DNA of 64,000 nt from Kiritimatiellia bacterium (GTDB lineage: Bacteria; Verrucomicrobiota; Kiritimatiellia; RZYC01): contig JAQVYB010000002.1 in assembly GCA_028708815.1 (NCBI GenBank), positions 1,495 to 65,494 of the forward strand, in the 5' to 3' direction. The notes beneath the pieces were generated by a model. That model saw nothing but the letters and a program-made list of their open reading frames with translations. It was not told the DNA's origin and searched no databases. Positions within the stretch are counted from its first letter, which is position 1. Every line of letters begins with the position of its first letter. Position numbers and translations under genes: made by a program. Positions 8,504-16,296 of the stretch are shown piece after piece.

Positions 8504-8565
8504 ATAAGCAAGTCGCCCTGAAAAGCAAGAGAAAGAGGGGCGGGAAACAACATAGGGAGCGAATT

Positions 8566-9543
8566 ATGCAAGTATATAATAACTCTACAGCATTCGGTGT
8601 TTGGAAACACTACAACTCGAATGTAAGCAGTATGCGCAGCTCGATGAGCAAACTCTCATCGGGGCTTCGCATTAACTTTGCGGGTGATGACCCGGCCGGT
8701 TTGGCGATCAGTGAGCGGCTGCGTATGCAGTATCGCAACACATCGGCCGCCGCCTCCAACGTGGAAAACAAGATCAATTATCTGCAGACGGCTGATTCCT
8801 GGTTGCAGAAGATTCACGACATGCTGGGCCGTATGGCCGAGTTGGCCATCATGGCCAATGATGGCACGAAGAGCCAGGTGGACCGTGACAACCTGCAAAA
8901 GGAATTCCGGCAAATGCAGGATGAAATCTCGCGTATCACCAGCGGCGCCACGGCGGCAGGTAAGTTCAATGGGCTGTATCTGTTCCGAGGCGGCAATGGT
9001 GTGGCCCTGATGACGGGGGACCAGGTGTATGGTTCCGGCGATACACACAACTCGGTGTATCTGCAGGTCGGCCCGGACAGCAACATGACCTTTAAGGAAG
9101 AACCGATCAACCTGACGGCTACGAACTTCGCCGTGATGGGTTCGTATGCGAAATACAGCTACGGCTCGGCCAATATGACCCTGCTCGGTTCAGGCGGCGG
9201 CCCGACTGCCGTGCGCTGGGCCAGCATCATCTGCGGCGCGAATCTCAGTATTTCGCTTCAGTCCTGTGCGCAGTCGGCGGTGGACAAGCTGAATCTGGCG
9301 ATTGACTATGTCAGTTCAAAACGTGCCGTTCTTGGTGCGGAAATGAAGCGGATGGAACAAACTCTGGGCGGCCTGCGTAATTATGAAGAAAATGCACGCG
9401 CCACGGAAAGCCGTATTCGTGACGTGGATGTGGCCCTGGAAACGACGCAGTATTCCAAATATCAGATTCTGGTGCAGATCGGTACGGCGATGATGGCTCA
9501 GGCCAACGCCATGCCGCAATCCGTCCTCCAGATGCTTGGATAA
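8566..9543 (+). CDS. fliC: flagellin (paralogue 5, 325 aa)
   Basis: Same length and the same conserved N- and C-terminal motifs as paralogue 4. I count about 8 amino-acid differences by eye. Confidence 0.95.
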   Translation: MQVYNNSTAFGVWKHYNSNVSSMRSSMSKLSSGLRINFAGDDPAGLAISERLRMQYRNTSAAASNVENKINYLQTADSWLQKIHDMLGRMAELAIMANDGTKSQVDRDNLQKEFRQMQDEISRITSGATAAGKFNGLYLFRGGNGVALMTGDQVYGSGDTHNSVYLQVGPDSNMTFKEEPINLTATNFAVMGSYAKYSYGSANMTLLGSGGGPTAVRWASIICGANLSISLQSCAQSAVDKLNLAIDYVSSKRAVLGAEMKRMEQTLGGLRNYEENARATESRIRDVDVALETTQYSKYQILVQIGTAMMAQANAMPQSVLQMLG

Positions 9544-9564
9544 TTCGCAGCTCTCTTGCTTAGG

Positions 9565-9598
9565 CCCGGTTCGGACGCCCACGAACCGGGTTTTTTTT
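9565..9598 (+). terminator. rho-independent terminator after flagellin 5
   Basis: CCCGGTTCG-loop-CGAACCGGG followed by T8. Confidence 0.8.
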
Positions 9599-9631
9599 GC
9601 CCTTTTTTAACGGCGCCAGCTTGGCTCCGCG

Positions 9632-9647
9632 TGGCATGTCGCCTGCT
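9632..9647 (+). promoter_or_regulatory. sigma54 (-24/-12) promoter of the hyp-maf-fliS operon
   Basis: TGGCATgtcgcCTGCT with correct spacing, 83 nt upstream of ATG 9729. Confidence 0.55.
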
Positions 9648-9728
9648 TGTTTATGGCGTTCCGCCGGGAAAAAGGTGCGTACCCGGACGCTATATTGCGC
9701 AACAGAACAATAAGAGGAGTGACAGGAT

Positions 9729-10178
9729 ATGAATACCCAGGAAGATGTCATCGAAATCAACACGCTGGAAGAGTTTACCACCCATTGCCTGGACCGATCG
9801 CTCGAAGGGCTCGAGGAGCTTCGCCGCGACAGCATTCACTGTGGGGATACCCTGCTGCAGAATCAGCCGAAAGGGCTCACCCAGTTTGCCTCTTTGTGCG
9901 AGGCCCTGCGCGATTTTTACGTGTTCGAGGGTGATATACGTTCCATTTTCCTGCTGGATACCGACCTGCTTTTTGATCGCCGGGGTTCGCTGAAGGAAAC
10001 GGAAACCCGATTTGAGGAATTGCTCGATTCGATGCCGGCCCTGTTGACGGCCACAGAAGTGCCCGTGTTGGCCGAACACCTGAAAACCACACTCCCCGGC
10101 ATTATCGATCGCTTTCAGGATCTGTTGCCTACGCTGAAGAACTATATCGAGGATGAATATATCAATTACGATAAATAG
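9729..10178 (+). CDS. hypothetical protein (flagellar locus)
   Basis: 149-aa acidic helical ORF with an AGAGGAG SD. Sits first in the operon with maf and fliS. No family recognised. Confidence 0.55.
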   Translation: MNTQEDVIEINTLEEFTTHCLDRSLEGLEELRRDSIHCGDTLLQNQPKGLTQFASLCEALRDFYVFEGDIRSIFLLDTDLLFDRRGSLKETETRFEELLDSMPALLTATEVPVLAEHLKTTLPGIIDRFQDLLPTLKNYIEDEYINYDK

Positions 10179-10189
10179 ACGGCGGTTCC

Positions 10190-12025
10190 ATGCCCATGAA
10201 TACAGTCCTTTCACAGCGAATTGAACAGTTGCGTCCGATGTTGCCCGGCCTGGAGGCGGATCTGGATTCTCTGTTGCGCAATACCGGTGAATCCGCCGGA
10301 ACGATCCGCGCATCCGACACGCAACTCTGCGCCGAGATTCAGGCCTGGCTGCAAGCGGAACGCATGGCCGAAACGCCGCAGTTCATCGTGGTGATGGGAT
10401 GTCTTTCCATGGCGGAGTTCATGGCTGTGACGGGACGCCTGAAAAAACAGGATCATCTCCTCATGCTGGAGGCCGATTCGTCGGCCGTCCTGCGTTTTAT
10501 TCAGCTTAATCTGGTTGAGCGGTGGTTGCGTGATCAGCGGATCGGATTGGCCGTCGGGCACCGTAAGGAGACCGTTAAACAACAGTTTTTTTCTTTGTAT
10601 CACCCGAAGCGGGATCCGGAGATTGTCTTTTTGGATACCGGGCGGAGCCGCCCGGATGACCATGCTTTTTATATGGAAACCCTCCGGGAAATCCGCGAGG
10701 AAATCCGGCTGGATGTGTTCAACGCAGGCACGCTGGTGTGCCGCGGGCCGCTTTGGCAGTTTAATACGCTGATCAATCTGCCGCTGCTGGCGACCCATCC
10801 CGGAATCCGTGCGCTGGAAGGTCTTTTTGGCGGGAGGCCCGCCCTGGTGGTTGGCGCCGGTCCCTCGCTCAATGAAGCCCTGCCGCTGATCAAGCAGCAG
10901 GCCGACCGCTTTGTCATTATTTCCACCGGCACGGCCCTGCGTCCGTTGCGCGAATGCGGCATCCGCCCCGATCTTGTCGTGGCGGTGGATGGCAGCCATC
11001 TGATTCGTCCGCAATTTGAAACCGAATGTTCCGATCTGTTCTTCTCCTGCTCCTCGCTGGTCTATTCGGATATTACCAATAAGTTTCGTGGTATTTTCAG
11101 CGGAGGGCTTGAGGCCAGCCCGTTGGATCATTGGATTGATGAACGCATCGCCCCGCGCGGTATGATGTATGCGGGTGGAACGGTGACGTGCAGCGCGATG
11201 TATCTGGCTGCCCTGATGGGTTGCCCCACCGTTTGTACTGTTGGACTGGACCTTTGCTTTCTGGACGATGGAACGACGCATGCCGGCGGCACGATGTATG
11301 ACGGGCACCGCAACGACCCCCGCTCCCTCATTCAGGTGCCCGGCAATTACCGCGCTGCCGTAAGCACCACGCAACAGTTTCAATGCTATATTGACCTGAT
11401 CCGTGATTTTGTGGCGCGCACGCCCCAAAGCACCTTTGTGAATCTGAACAGCGATGGCGCCCGCATTCCGGGTATGACCCTGGCGCCGATCGGCGCCCTG
11501 GCGGAATTCGCCGGGGAAACATTCGATGCCTACGCAGTCATCGAGAACGCGCACCAGGCCTTTCGTCCGGTCGGGTTGGATGCCCTGCGCGCTGAATTGC
11601 GCGAGGTGCGCAATCAACTCGACACCATTCAGGGGCGGAGCCGGGAAGGCGCGGAGTTGTGCAACCGTATCGTGATGCACCTGAAGGCGCCGCAGGCCGA
11701 CACCCTGGAGCAGATCCGTCCCTGTGTGGACCAGTTGTCCGAACTGGAAGACGAGCTCGAAGCGGCGAAAACCTCCAATATTTTCACGCGGATGAGCCTG
11801 TGGCCCGCTTTCTATGAATTTTCCGCCCATCAGAACGATCACGAGGAAAGCACCGTGGAGAGTCAAAGCGAAACTTTTCACCGCTTCAGAAAACTGTATG
11901 AACAGGTGGCGGGCGCATCCAAATGGACGCGCGATGCCCTGGATCAGGTGCTGGGCAGATGGGCGAAAGAGGAAAGCGTAACAGATGAAGCGGCGCAAAC
12001 GGGGTTAAGAAAAGTGAACAGGTGA
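10190..12025 (+). CDS. motility accessory factor (Maf/DUF115, MptE-like) putative flagellin glycosyltransferase
   Basis: ALVVGAGPSLNEALPLI...FVIISTGTALRPL...PDLVVAVDGS matches the DUF115 core found in Campylobacter/Helicobacter Maf proteins. Position between the flagellins and fliS fits. Confidence 0.7.
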   Translation: MPMNTVLSQRIEQLRPMLPGLEADLDSLLRNTGESAGTIRASDTQLCAEIQAWLQAERMAETPQFIVVMGCLSMAEFMAVTGRLKKQDHLLMLEADSSAVLRFIQLNLVERWLRDQRIGLAVGHRKETVKQQFFSLYHPKRDPEIVFLDTGRSRPDDHAFYMETLREIREEIRLDVFNAGTLVCRGPLWQFNTLINLPLLATHPGIRALEGLFGGRPALVVGAGPSLNEALPLIKQQADRFVIISTGTALRPLRECGIRPDLVVAVDGSHLIRPQFETECSDLFFSCSSLVYSDITNKFRGIFSGGLEASPLDHWIDERIAPRGMMYAGGTVTCSAMYLAALMGCPTVCTVGLDLCFLDDGTTHAGGTMYDGHRNDPRSLIQVPGNYRAAVSTTQQFQCYIDLIRDFVARTPQSTFVNLNSDGARIPGMTLAPIGALAEFAGETFDAYAVIENAHQAFRPVGLDALRAELREVRNQLDTIQGRSREGAELCNRIVMHLKAPQADTLEQIRPCVDQLSELEDELEAAKTSNIFTRMSLWPAFYEFSAHQNDHEESTVESQSETFHRFRKLYEQVAGASKWTRDALDQVLGRWAKEESVTDEAAQTGLRKVNR

Positions 12026-12036
12026 GGAGGAGAGCT

Positions 12037-12483
12037 ATGGCCACGGCAACGATGTATCAGACCAATACCTACCAGCAAACCGACGTGATGACGGCCAGCC
12101 CCATGCAGTTGGTGCTCATGCTCTATGAAGAGTGCATCCGTTCGCTTGAAAAGGCTGAAAAAGCCTTTCGTCAGGAAGACCCCGCCCGTATCGAGATTAT
12201 CGGTAAAAACCTGCTCCACGCGCAGGATGTGATCACGGAACTGGCCATCTCGCTCGATATGGAAAACGGCGGAGAAATTGCCGAAAACCTGCATCGGCTT
12301 TATGATTTTACCCTCAGCCATCTAAGCACGGCCAATGTGCAGCAGAAATTGCAGCCCGTGCGCGATGTGATTGTAATCATGACGGAGCTGAAGGAGGCCT
12401 GGACCGAAGTGGCCAAACAGGAACCCGTTCGCGTGGAGACCGCGCGCCCGGTGGAACACGGCAGTTTTCATATCACGGGTTGA
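12037..12483 (+). CDS. fliS: flagellin export chaperone FliS
   Basis: ASPMQLVLMLYEECIRSLEKA...LLHAQDVITELAISLDMENGGEIAENLHRLYDF. ATG 12037 follows a GAGGAGGAG SD. The tracked start at 12022 is a GTG inside that SD. Confidence 0.9.
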   Translation: MATATMYQTNTYQQTDVMTASPMQLVLMLYEECIRSLEKAEKAFRQEDPARIEIIGKNLLHAQDVITELAISLDMENGGEIAENLHRLYDFTLSHLSTANVQQKLQPVRDVIVIMTELKEAWTEVAKQEPVRVETARPVEHGSFHITG

Positions 12484-12502
12484 GGCCTGAAAGGAACACC
12501 CC

Positions 12503-12838
12503 ATGCAGGACCTGTGCCGCCGCATTCAGGAACAAACCAGAGTCATGGAAAAGGCTCTGAGCGATGGGCGTATTCAGGATTTCACCAAACTGATTTCCGT
12601 ACGGAGAGCGCTTCTCGAAGAATTGCTGCGAACACCCGGATTTTCACGCATGGATCACCCCTGGATATCGCCCATGCTCCGGCGTAATCAGCAATGGCTC
12701 GCCTGCATAAGGGAAAACAAGGTGGATGTGACGGAGAAACTTCGGCGTGCCCGCTGGAAACGAAGTTCACTCAGCCGTCTCCATGGCGCCTATGCCGCAA
12801 ACAGCGGCGGCGGCAATGTGATACGCCGAAAAGGCTGA
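12503..12838 (+). CDS. hypothetical helical protein, possibly FliT-like chaperone
   Basis: 111-aa helical ORF directly after fliS. The FliT-like call rests on position and composition only. Confidence 0.35.
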   Translation: MQDLCRRIQEQTRVMEKALSDGRIQDFTKLISVRRALLEELLRTPGFSRMDHPWISPMLRRNQQWLACIRENKVDVTEKLRRARWKRSSLSRLHGAYAANSGGGNVIRRKG

Positions 12839-12960
12839 AACGCAATTCTCCACCAAGAAAGTCCTTTTCAAATTCGGACGAGCGGCGTATGTTCGCTGCA
12901 CAAGGTGCGGACACAGCCCGTAATACAACGCCCGCAGGTTTAACCAACGCTGGAGATCTT

Positions 12961-13344
12961 ATGAGCGACCATAGTAGTGCACAGATATTGATTGTCGATG
13001 ACTCATCCACCATGCGACGCATTATGCGCCTGACCCTCGGCAAGTGCGGCTACAGCAATACCGAGGAAGCCGAAAACGGGATGCTGGGGCTGGAAAAAGC
13101 AAAAACCAAACAGTTCGACTGCGTCATTTCCGATTGGAACATGCCCGAAATGACCGGCGTGGAAATGGTCGCTGAACTGCGCAAACTGCCGAGTTATGCC
13201 TCCACCCCGATTTTGATGGTCACCACCGAAGGTGGAAAAGAGGCCGTGGTCGAAGCATTGCAGGCCGGGGTCTCTTCCTTCATTGTCAAGCCCTTCACGG
13301 CCGATGTGCTGCGTCAGAAAATGGACACCCTTTGGGGAGATTGA
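12961..13344 (+). CDS. cheY: chemotaxis response regulator CheY
   Basis: ILIVDDSSTMRR...CVISDWNMPEMTG...MVTTEG...IVKPF carries all CheY acidic-pocket, T and K residues. The tracked start at 12694 is upstream read-through. Confidence 0.9.
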   Translation: MSDHSSAQILIVDDSSTMRRIMRLTLGKCGYSNTEEAENGMLGLEKAKTKQFDCVISDWNMPEMTGVEMVAELRKLPSYASTPILMVTTEGGKEAVVEALQAGVSSFIVKPFTADVLRQKMDTLWGD

Positions 13345-13349
13345 AGCTT

Positions 13350-13667
13350 ATGGCCAGTCTGGATTCAGATACCAATAAGGTCTATCGGAAAAAATATTTC
13401 ATGGACGCCGAAAAGGTGGTCTTCTCCGATATCGAAGAGCAAAAAGAGATCAAGGATGAAGTCTGCCCGCTGATTACGGCGGAAGATGTTCAGGTTGAAG
13501 ACGATGCGGTCACGATCACGCATGGGTTGGATCACCCGCAGGAGGCCATCCGGGTCGAAGCTCTGAAAGAGGGGGACCGCGTGACCAAGCTGAAGATTGT
13601 CTGTCCGTGCGGTCGGCAGACGGAAATTGATCTGCAGTATGCGCCGGAGCATACGGCGCGTAAATAA
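13350..13667 (+). CDS. hypothetical small protein between cheY and cheX
   Basis: 105-aa ORF from ATG 13350, 5 nt after the cheY stop. Contains a CPCG motif. No family recognised. Confidence 0.45.
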   Translation: MASLDSDTNKVYRKKYFMDAEKVVFSDIEEQKEIKDEVCPLITAEDVQVEDDAVTITHGLDHPQEAIRVEALKEGDRVTKLKIVCPCGRQTEIDLQYAPEHTARK

Positions 13668-13685
13668 ACGGAAAGGATTCCCCTT

Positions 13686-14165
13686 ATGACCAAGACGATT
13701 CAGGAGTTGTACCCGGCTTTTGTCGAAAGCGTTCAGGAAATTTTTGAGACCATGGTGTTTATGCCGATCACCGCCGAAGAGCCGCTGCCAGGCGCGCACG
13801 AGCCCCCGCGCGGCGGAATTGCCGGCTCGCTGAGTGTTACCGGAGATGAACTCACGATCAATCTCTCCTTGGTCTTCGGCACGGACCTTGCTTTCTCCAT
13901 CTTCAGAGCGATGATGGGTATGGAAGAATCGGAACCCGTCGAGATAGAGGAAGTCAGTGATATTGTCGGCGAACTGGCCAACATGACGTCGGGAGGCGCC
14001 AAGACGCGGTTGCAGGAGGAATATCCGCACCTGCAATTGGGCTTGCCCTCGGTGGTGGTCGGACAGGAGCTCTATGTGGATCCGCCGAAAAACGCACAGA
14101 CGGTGGTTATTCCTCTAATCGCGGGCTCCGGCAAATTCTTCCTCGAAATCTCGCTGTCCGCCTGA
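13686..14165 (+). CDS. cheX: CheX/CheC-family CheY-P phosphatase
   Basis: The size (159 aa) and the segment EVSDIVGELANMTSGGAKT (E-x2-N phosphatase motif) fit CheX. Adjacent to cheY. Confidence 0.65.
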   Translation: MTKTIQELYPAFVESVQEIFETMVFMPITAEEPLPGAHEPPRGGIAGSLSVTGDELTINLSLVFGTDLAFSIFRAMMGMEESEPVEIEEVSDIVGELANMTSGGAKTRLQEEYPHLQLGLPSVVVGQELYVDPPKNAQTVVIPLIAGSGKFFLEISLSA

Positions 14166-14190
14166 AGAGGGGCGGCAGAACAGGAAGAGT

Positions 14191-14916
14191 ATGTGCACAG
14201 CAAAACAATGGCGGTCGGTGGCGGTTCTTCTTCCGGCCTGGGTATTGGCGGCCGGGCTCTCCGGCTGTGTTCTGCAGCGGGGTGTTGACTTCGGCAGTCG
14301 AGCAGGGCGGGCCGAAAATATCCCGGTGATTCGTGTTTATAATGTGATGAACGAGGCTTGGCCCGATCAAACACAGACGGTTCTGCTGCTTCCGCCGCTG
14401 GGGCAGGTCACTCCGAAATACCGCGAAAGCCTTCAGTTGGACCTCCAGGAGGAATTTCAGAAGTACTTCAACTCTCGGGTGGTCAGCGTGGGTGCACGGG
14501 GTAAAATGGAAGAATACGTGGCTGAAAAAAATCTGGTGCCGGAATCCGGCTTCTTTGATTTTGAGGAAATCAAGCGTCTGGGGGAACTGATGCAGACCGA
14601 TTATGTGGTTTGCACCTGGATTCAGGAGGTGCGTCCGTATCCGCCGCAGAGTCTCTCTCTCTATATTACCATTCTGGACGTGACGCGCGGCGACCTGCTC
14701 ATCGAGCTCGATGCCACCTTCAACGCCGCTGAACAGAAAGTGGTGGTGGCTCTGGAGAATTATCTGCAACGCCGCCGCGCAAGGACCTATGATCGAAACA
14801 GCCTCGACATGATGCTGCAATCGCCCTCTGATTTTCACCTTTTCGCCATTTCTGAATGTTGCCGCGCCATGGCTCTGGAATTGGCCCCGACGCTCCAAAC
14901 AAAAATCTGGCCTTGA
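14191..14916 (+). CDS. lipoprotein, unknown function (flagellar locus)
   Basis: Signal peptide with lipobox: AVLLPAWVLAAGLSGC. Confidence 0.6.
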   Translation: MCTAKQWRSVAVLLPAWVLAAGLSGCVLQRGVDFGSRAGRAENIPVIRVYNVMNEAWPDQTQTVLLLPPLGQVTPKYRESLQLDLQEEFQKYFNSRVVSVGARGKMEEYVAEKNLVPESGFFDFEEIKRLGELMQTDYVVCTWIQEVRPYPPQSLSLYITILDVTRGDLLIELDATFNAAEQKVVVALENYLQRRRARTYDRNSLDMMLQSPSDFHLFAISECCRAMALELAPTLQTKIWP

Positions 14917-14919
14917 ATT

Positions 14920-14946
14920 TAAGCTTCGAAGGCGCTATGCCGATAA
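14920..14946 (+). promoter_or_regulatory. sigma28 (FliA) promoter of the flgM-like gene
   Basis: TAAG-N15-GCCGATAA against consensus TAAA-N15-GCCGATAA, with a perfect -10 element. It lies 22 nt upstream of ATG 14969. Confidence 0.7.
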
Positions 14947-14968
14947 TAATTTACAGGAGGAAGGAAAA

Positions 14969-15262
14969 ATGAATATCAACGAAATCACCGGTGGGCATCC
15001 ACTGGGCTCGGCTGCCTCGCTCAAGGCACTTACAAACCCGGCTCAGTCGCCTGCAGGATCTTCCTCACGAAGCGGCATAAGCAGTGACAGCGTGGATACC
15101 TCTGTTTTCAGCAAGCTGATGCAGCGGGGCGCACGCGAGTTGCGGGATCACCTGCAACCGCGACCAGAAAAAACAGCCGAATGGGCCGGGAAACTGAATG
15201 ACCCGTTGGATATGTCCGACGCCGTCATTCATACCGTCATGCGGCATATGGTCGGCGCCTGA
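14969..15262 (+). CDS. flgM: anti-sigma-28 factor FlgM-like protein
   Basis: 97 aa, with a Ser/Ala-rich disordered N-terminus and a helical C-terminus. Strong AGGAGGAAGG SD. Sigma28 promoter, location upstream of flgF and size all fit FlgM. Confidence 0.5.
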   Translation: MNINEITGGHPLGSAASLKALTNPAQSPAGSSSRSGISSDSVDTSVFSKLMQRGARELRDHLQPRPEKTAEWAGKLNDPLDMSDAVIHTVMRHMVGA

Positions 15263-15292
15263 TTCTGCCTGTCATTGGGACGGCAAACAAGG

Positions 15293-15324
15293 GCCCCTCT
15301 TCTCAGGGAGAGGGGCTTTTTTTT
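15293..15324 (+). terminator. rho-independent terminator after flgM
   Basis: GCCCCTCT-tctcaggg-AGAGGGGC followed by T8. Confidence 0.8.
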
Positions 15325-15495
15325 GGTTTGGCGCCTTATCATGGCACAGCCATGTGTCTGTATTCAGGGGATTTCCATCTTGCCGGGGCGGCTCCCCTCA
15401 AAAAAGGGGGCCTGAGAGAGCAGCAAAATGTGCCGAAATTTCATTTAAATCCGCCGTGAGATTCTGTGCAGGCACTTTTTGAGCGTGGTTCTGCG

Positions 15496-15511
15496 TGGCA
15501 TATATCCTGCT
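15496..15511 (+). promoter_or_regulatory. sigma54 (-24/-12) promoter-like element immediately upstream of flgF
   Basis: TGGCATatatcCTGCT. The -12 GC ends 11 nt before ATG 15523. Confidence 0.5.
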
Positions 15512-15522
15512 ATTTCTACGGC

Positions 15523-16272
15523 ATGAGTGCCGATTTCTACAGTCCGGAGTTTCAGATGATTGGCCGGGAGCAGGACCGTCTCCAGTCGATCAGCGAGAAT
15601 ATCGCGAACAGCTCCATGCCCGGGTTTAAGAAGCTCACCGTGGGCGACCAGGTGTTTGATACCCTCCTGAACCAGTCGGTTGATTTCTATAAAGATCTGC
15701 GCGAAAAAGGCCGATTTGATCCGGTATTCATTGATTTTACCGAGGGGCCGCTCAAGCAGACCGAACGCCCCCTCGACTTCGCCGTGCAGGGAAGCGGGTT
15801 TTTCGTGGTACGGGATGACAAACGCGATCTATACACCCGAAACGGCCACTTCAAGGTGGGGCCGGATGGTACGCTGCAGAATATGGATGGGATGCCGGTG
15901 CAGGGCGCCAATGGCAATATTGTCGTGCCGCCGGAGGCCAATTTATCCCAACTCATTGCCGGGCCGGATGGGACCATTCGGGATGAGCAGAACAATCTGC
16001 TCGGTACGCTCAAGGTGGTTCAGTTTGAAGATCTGCAGCGTCTTGATCGGGCCGGAACGGCTCTTTACAGCGCCCCCGAAGACATGCCGGCCCGGGAGGG
16101 CGATATCGAAAAATACGAGGTTGTTCACAAAACACTCGAAGGAAGCAATACGACGATTTACGACGAGTTGGCGGAGATGATCAGTTGCATGCGGGCTTTT
16201 GAGGCCAATCAGCGGATGGTCCGGACCTTTGATGAAGATCAAAGCAAAATGATCAATACCCTGGGCGCCTAA
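15523..16272 (+). CDS. flgF: flagellar basal-body rod protein FlgF
   Basis: MSADFY...SENIANSSMPGFKK aligns in length with E. coli MDHAIY...NLANASTPGFR. C-terminal LEGSNTTIYDELAEMISCMRAFEANQRM. The tracked start at 15466 is a GTG upstream of the promoter element. Confidence 0.85.
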   Translation: MSADFYSPEFQMIGREQDRLQSISENIANSSMPGFKKLTVGDQVFDTLLNQSVDFYKDLREKGRFDPVFIDFTEGPLKQTERPLDFAVQGSGFFVVRDDKRDLYTRNGHFKVGPDGTLQNMDGMPVQGANGNIVVPPEANLSQLIAGPDGTIRDEQNNLLGTLKVVQFEDLQRLDRAGTALYSAPEDMPAREGDIEKYEVVHKTLEGSNTTIYDELAEMISCMRAFEANQRMVRTFDEDQSKMINTLGA

Positions 16273-16296
16273 TCGATTTTTACACAAGGAGGAGTT

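Noticed and set aside
10211-11998. 595-aa antisense ORF opposite the maf gene. Similar long antisense ORFs occur at 5994-6974, 3476-4180, 25579-26511, 59824-61221 and 61470-63815.
   Set aside because: They lie opposite genes with clear family motifs. Their products are Arg/Pro/Gly/His-rich low-complexity sequence typical of stop-poor antisense frames in GC-rich DNA. None has an SD or a recognisable motif.
15342-15357. TGGCACAGCCATGTGT, a sigma54-like motif downstream of the flgM terminator.
   Set aside because: The -12 position reads TG instead of GC. A better-formed element lies at 15496.
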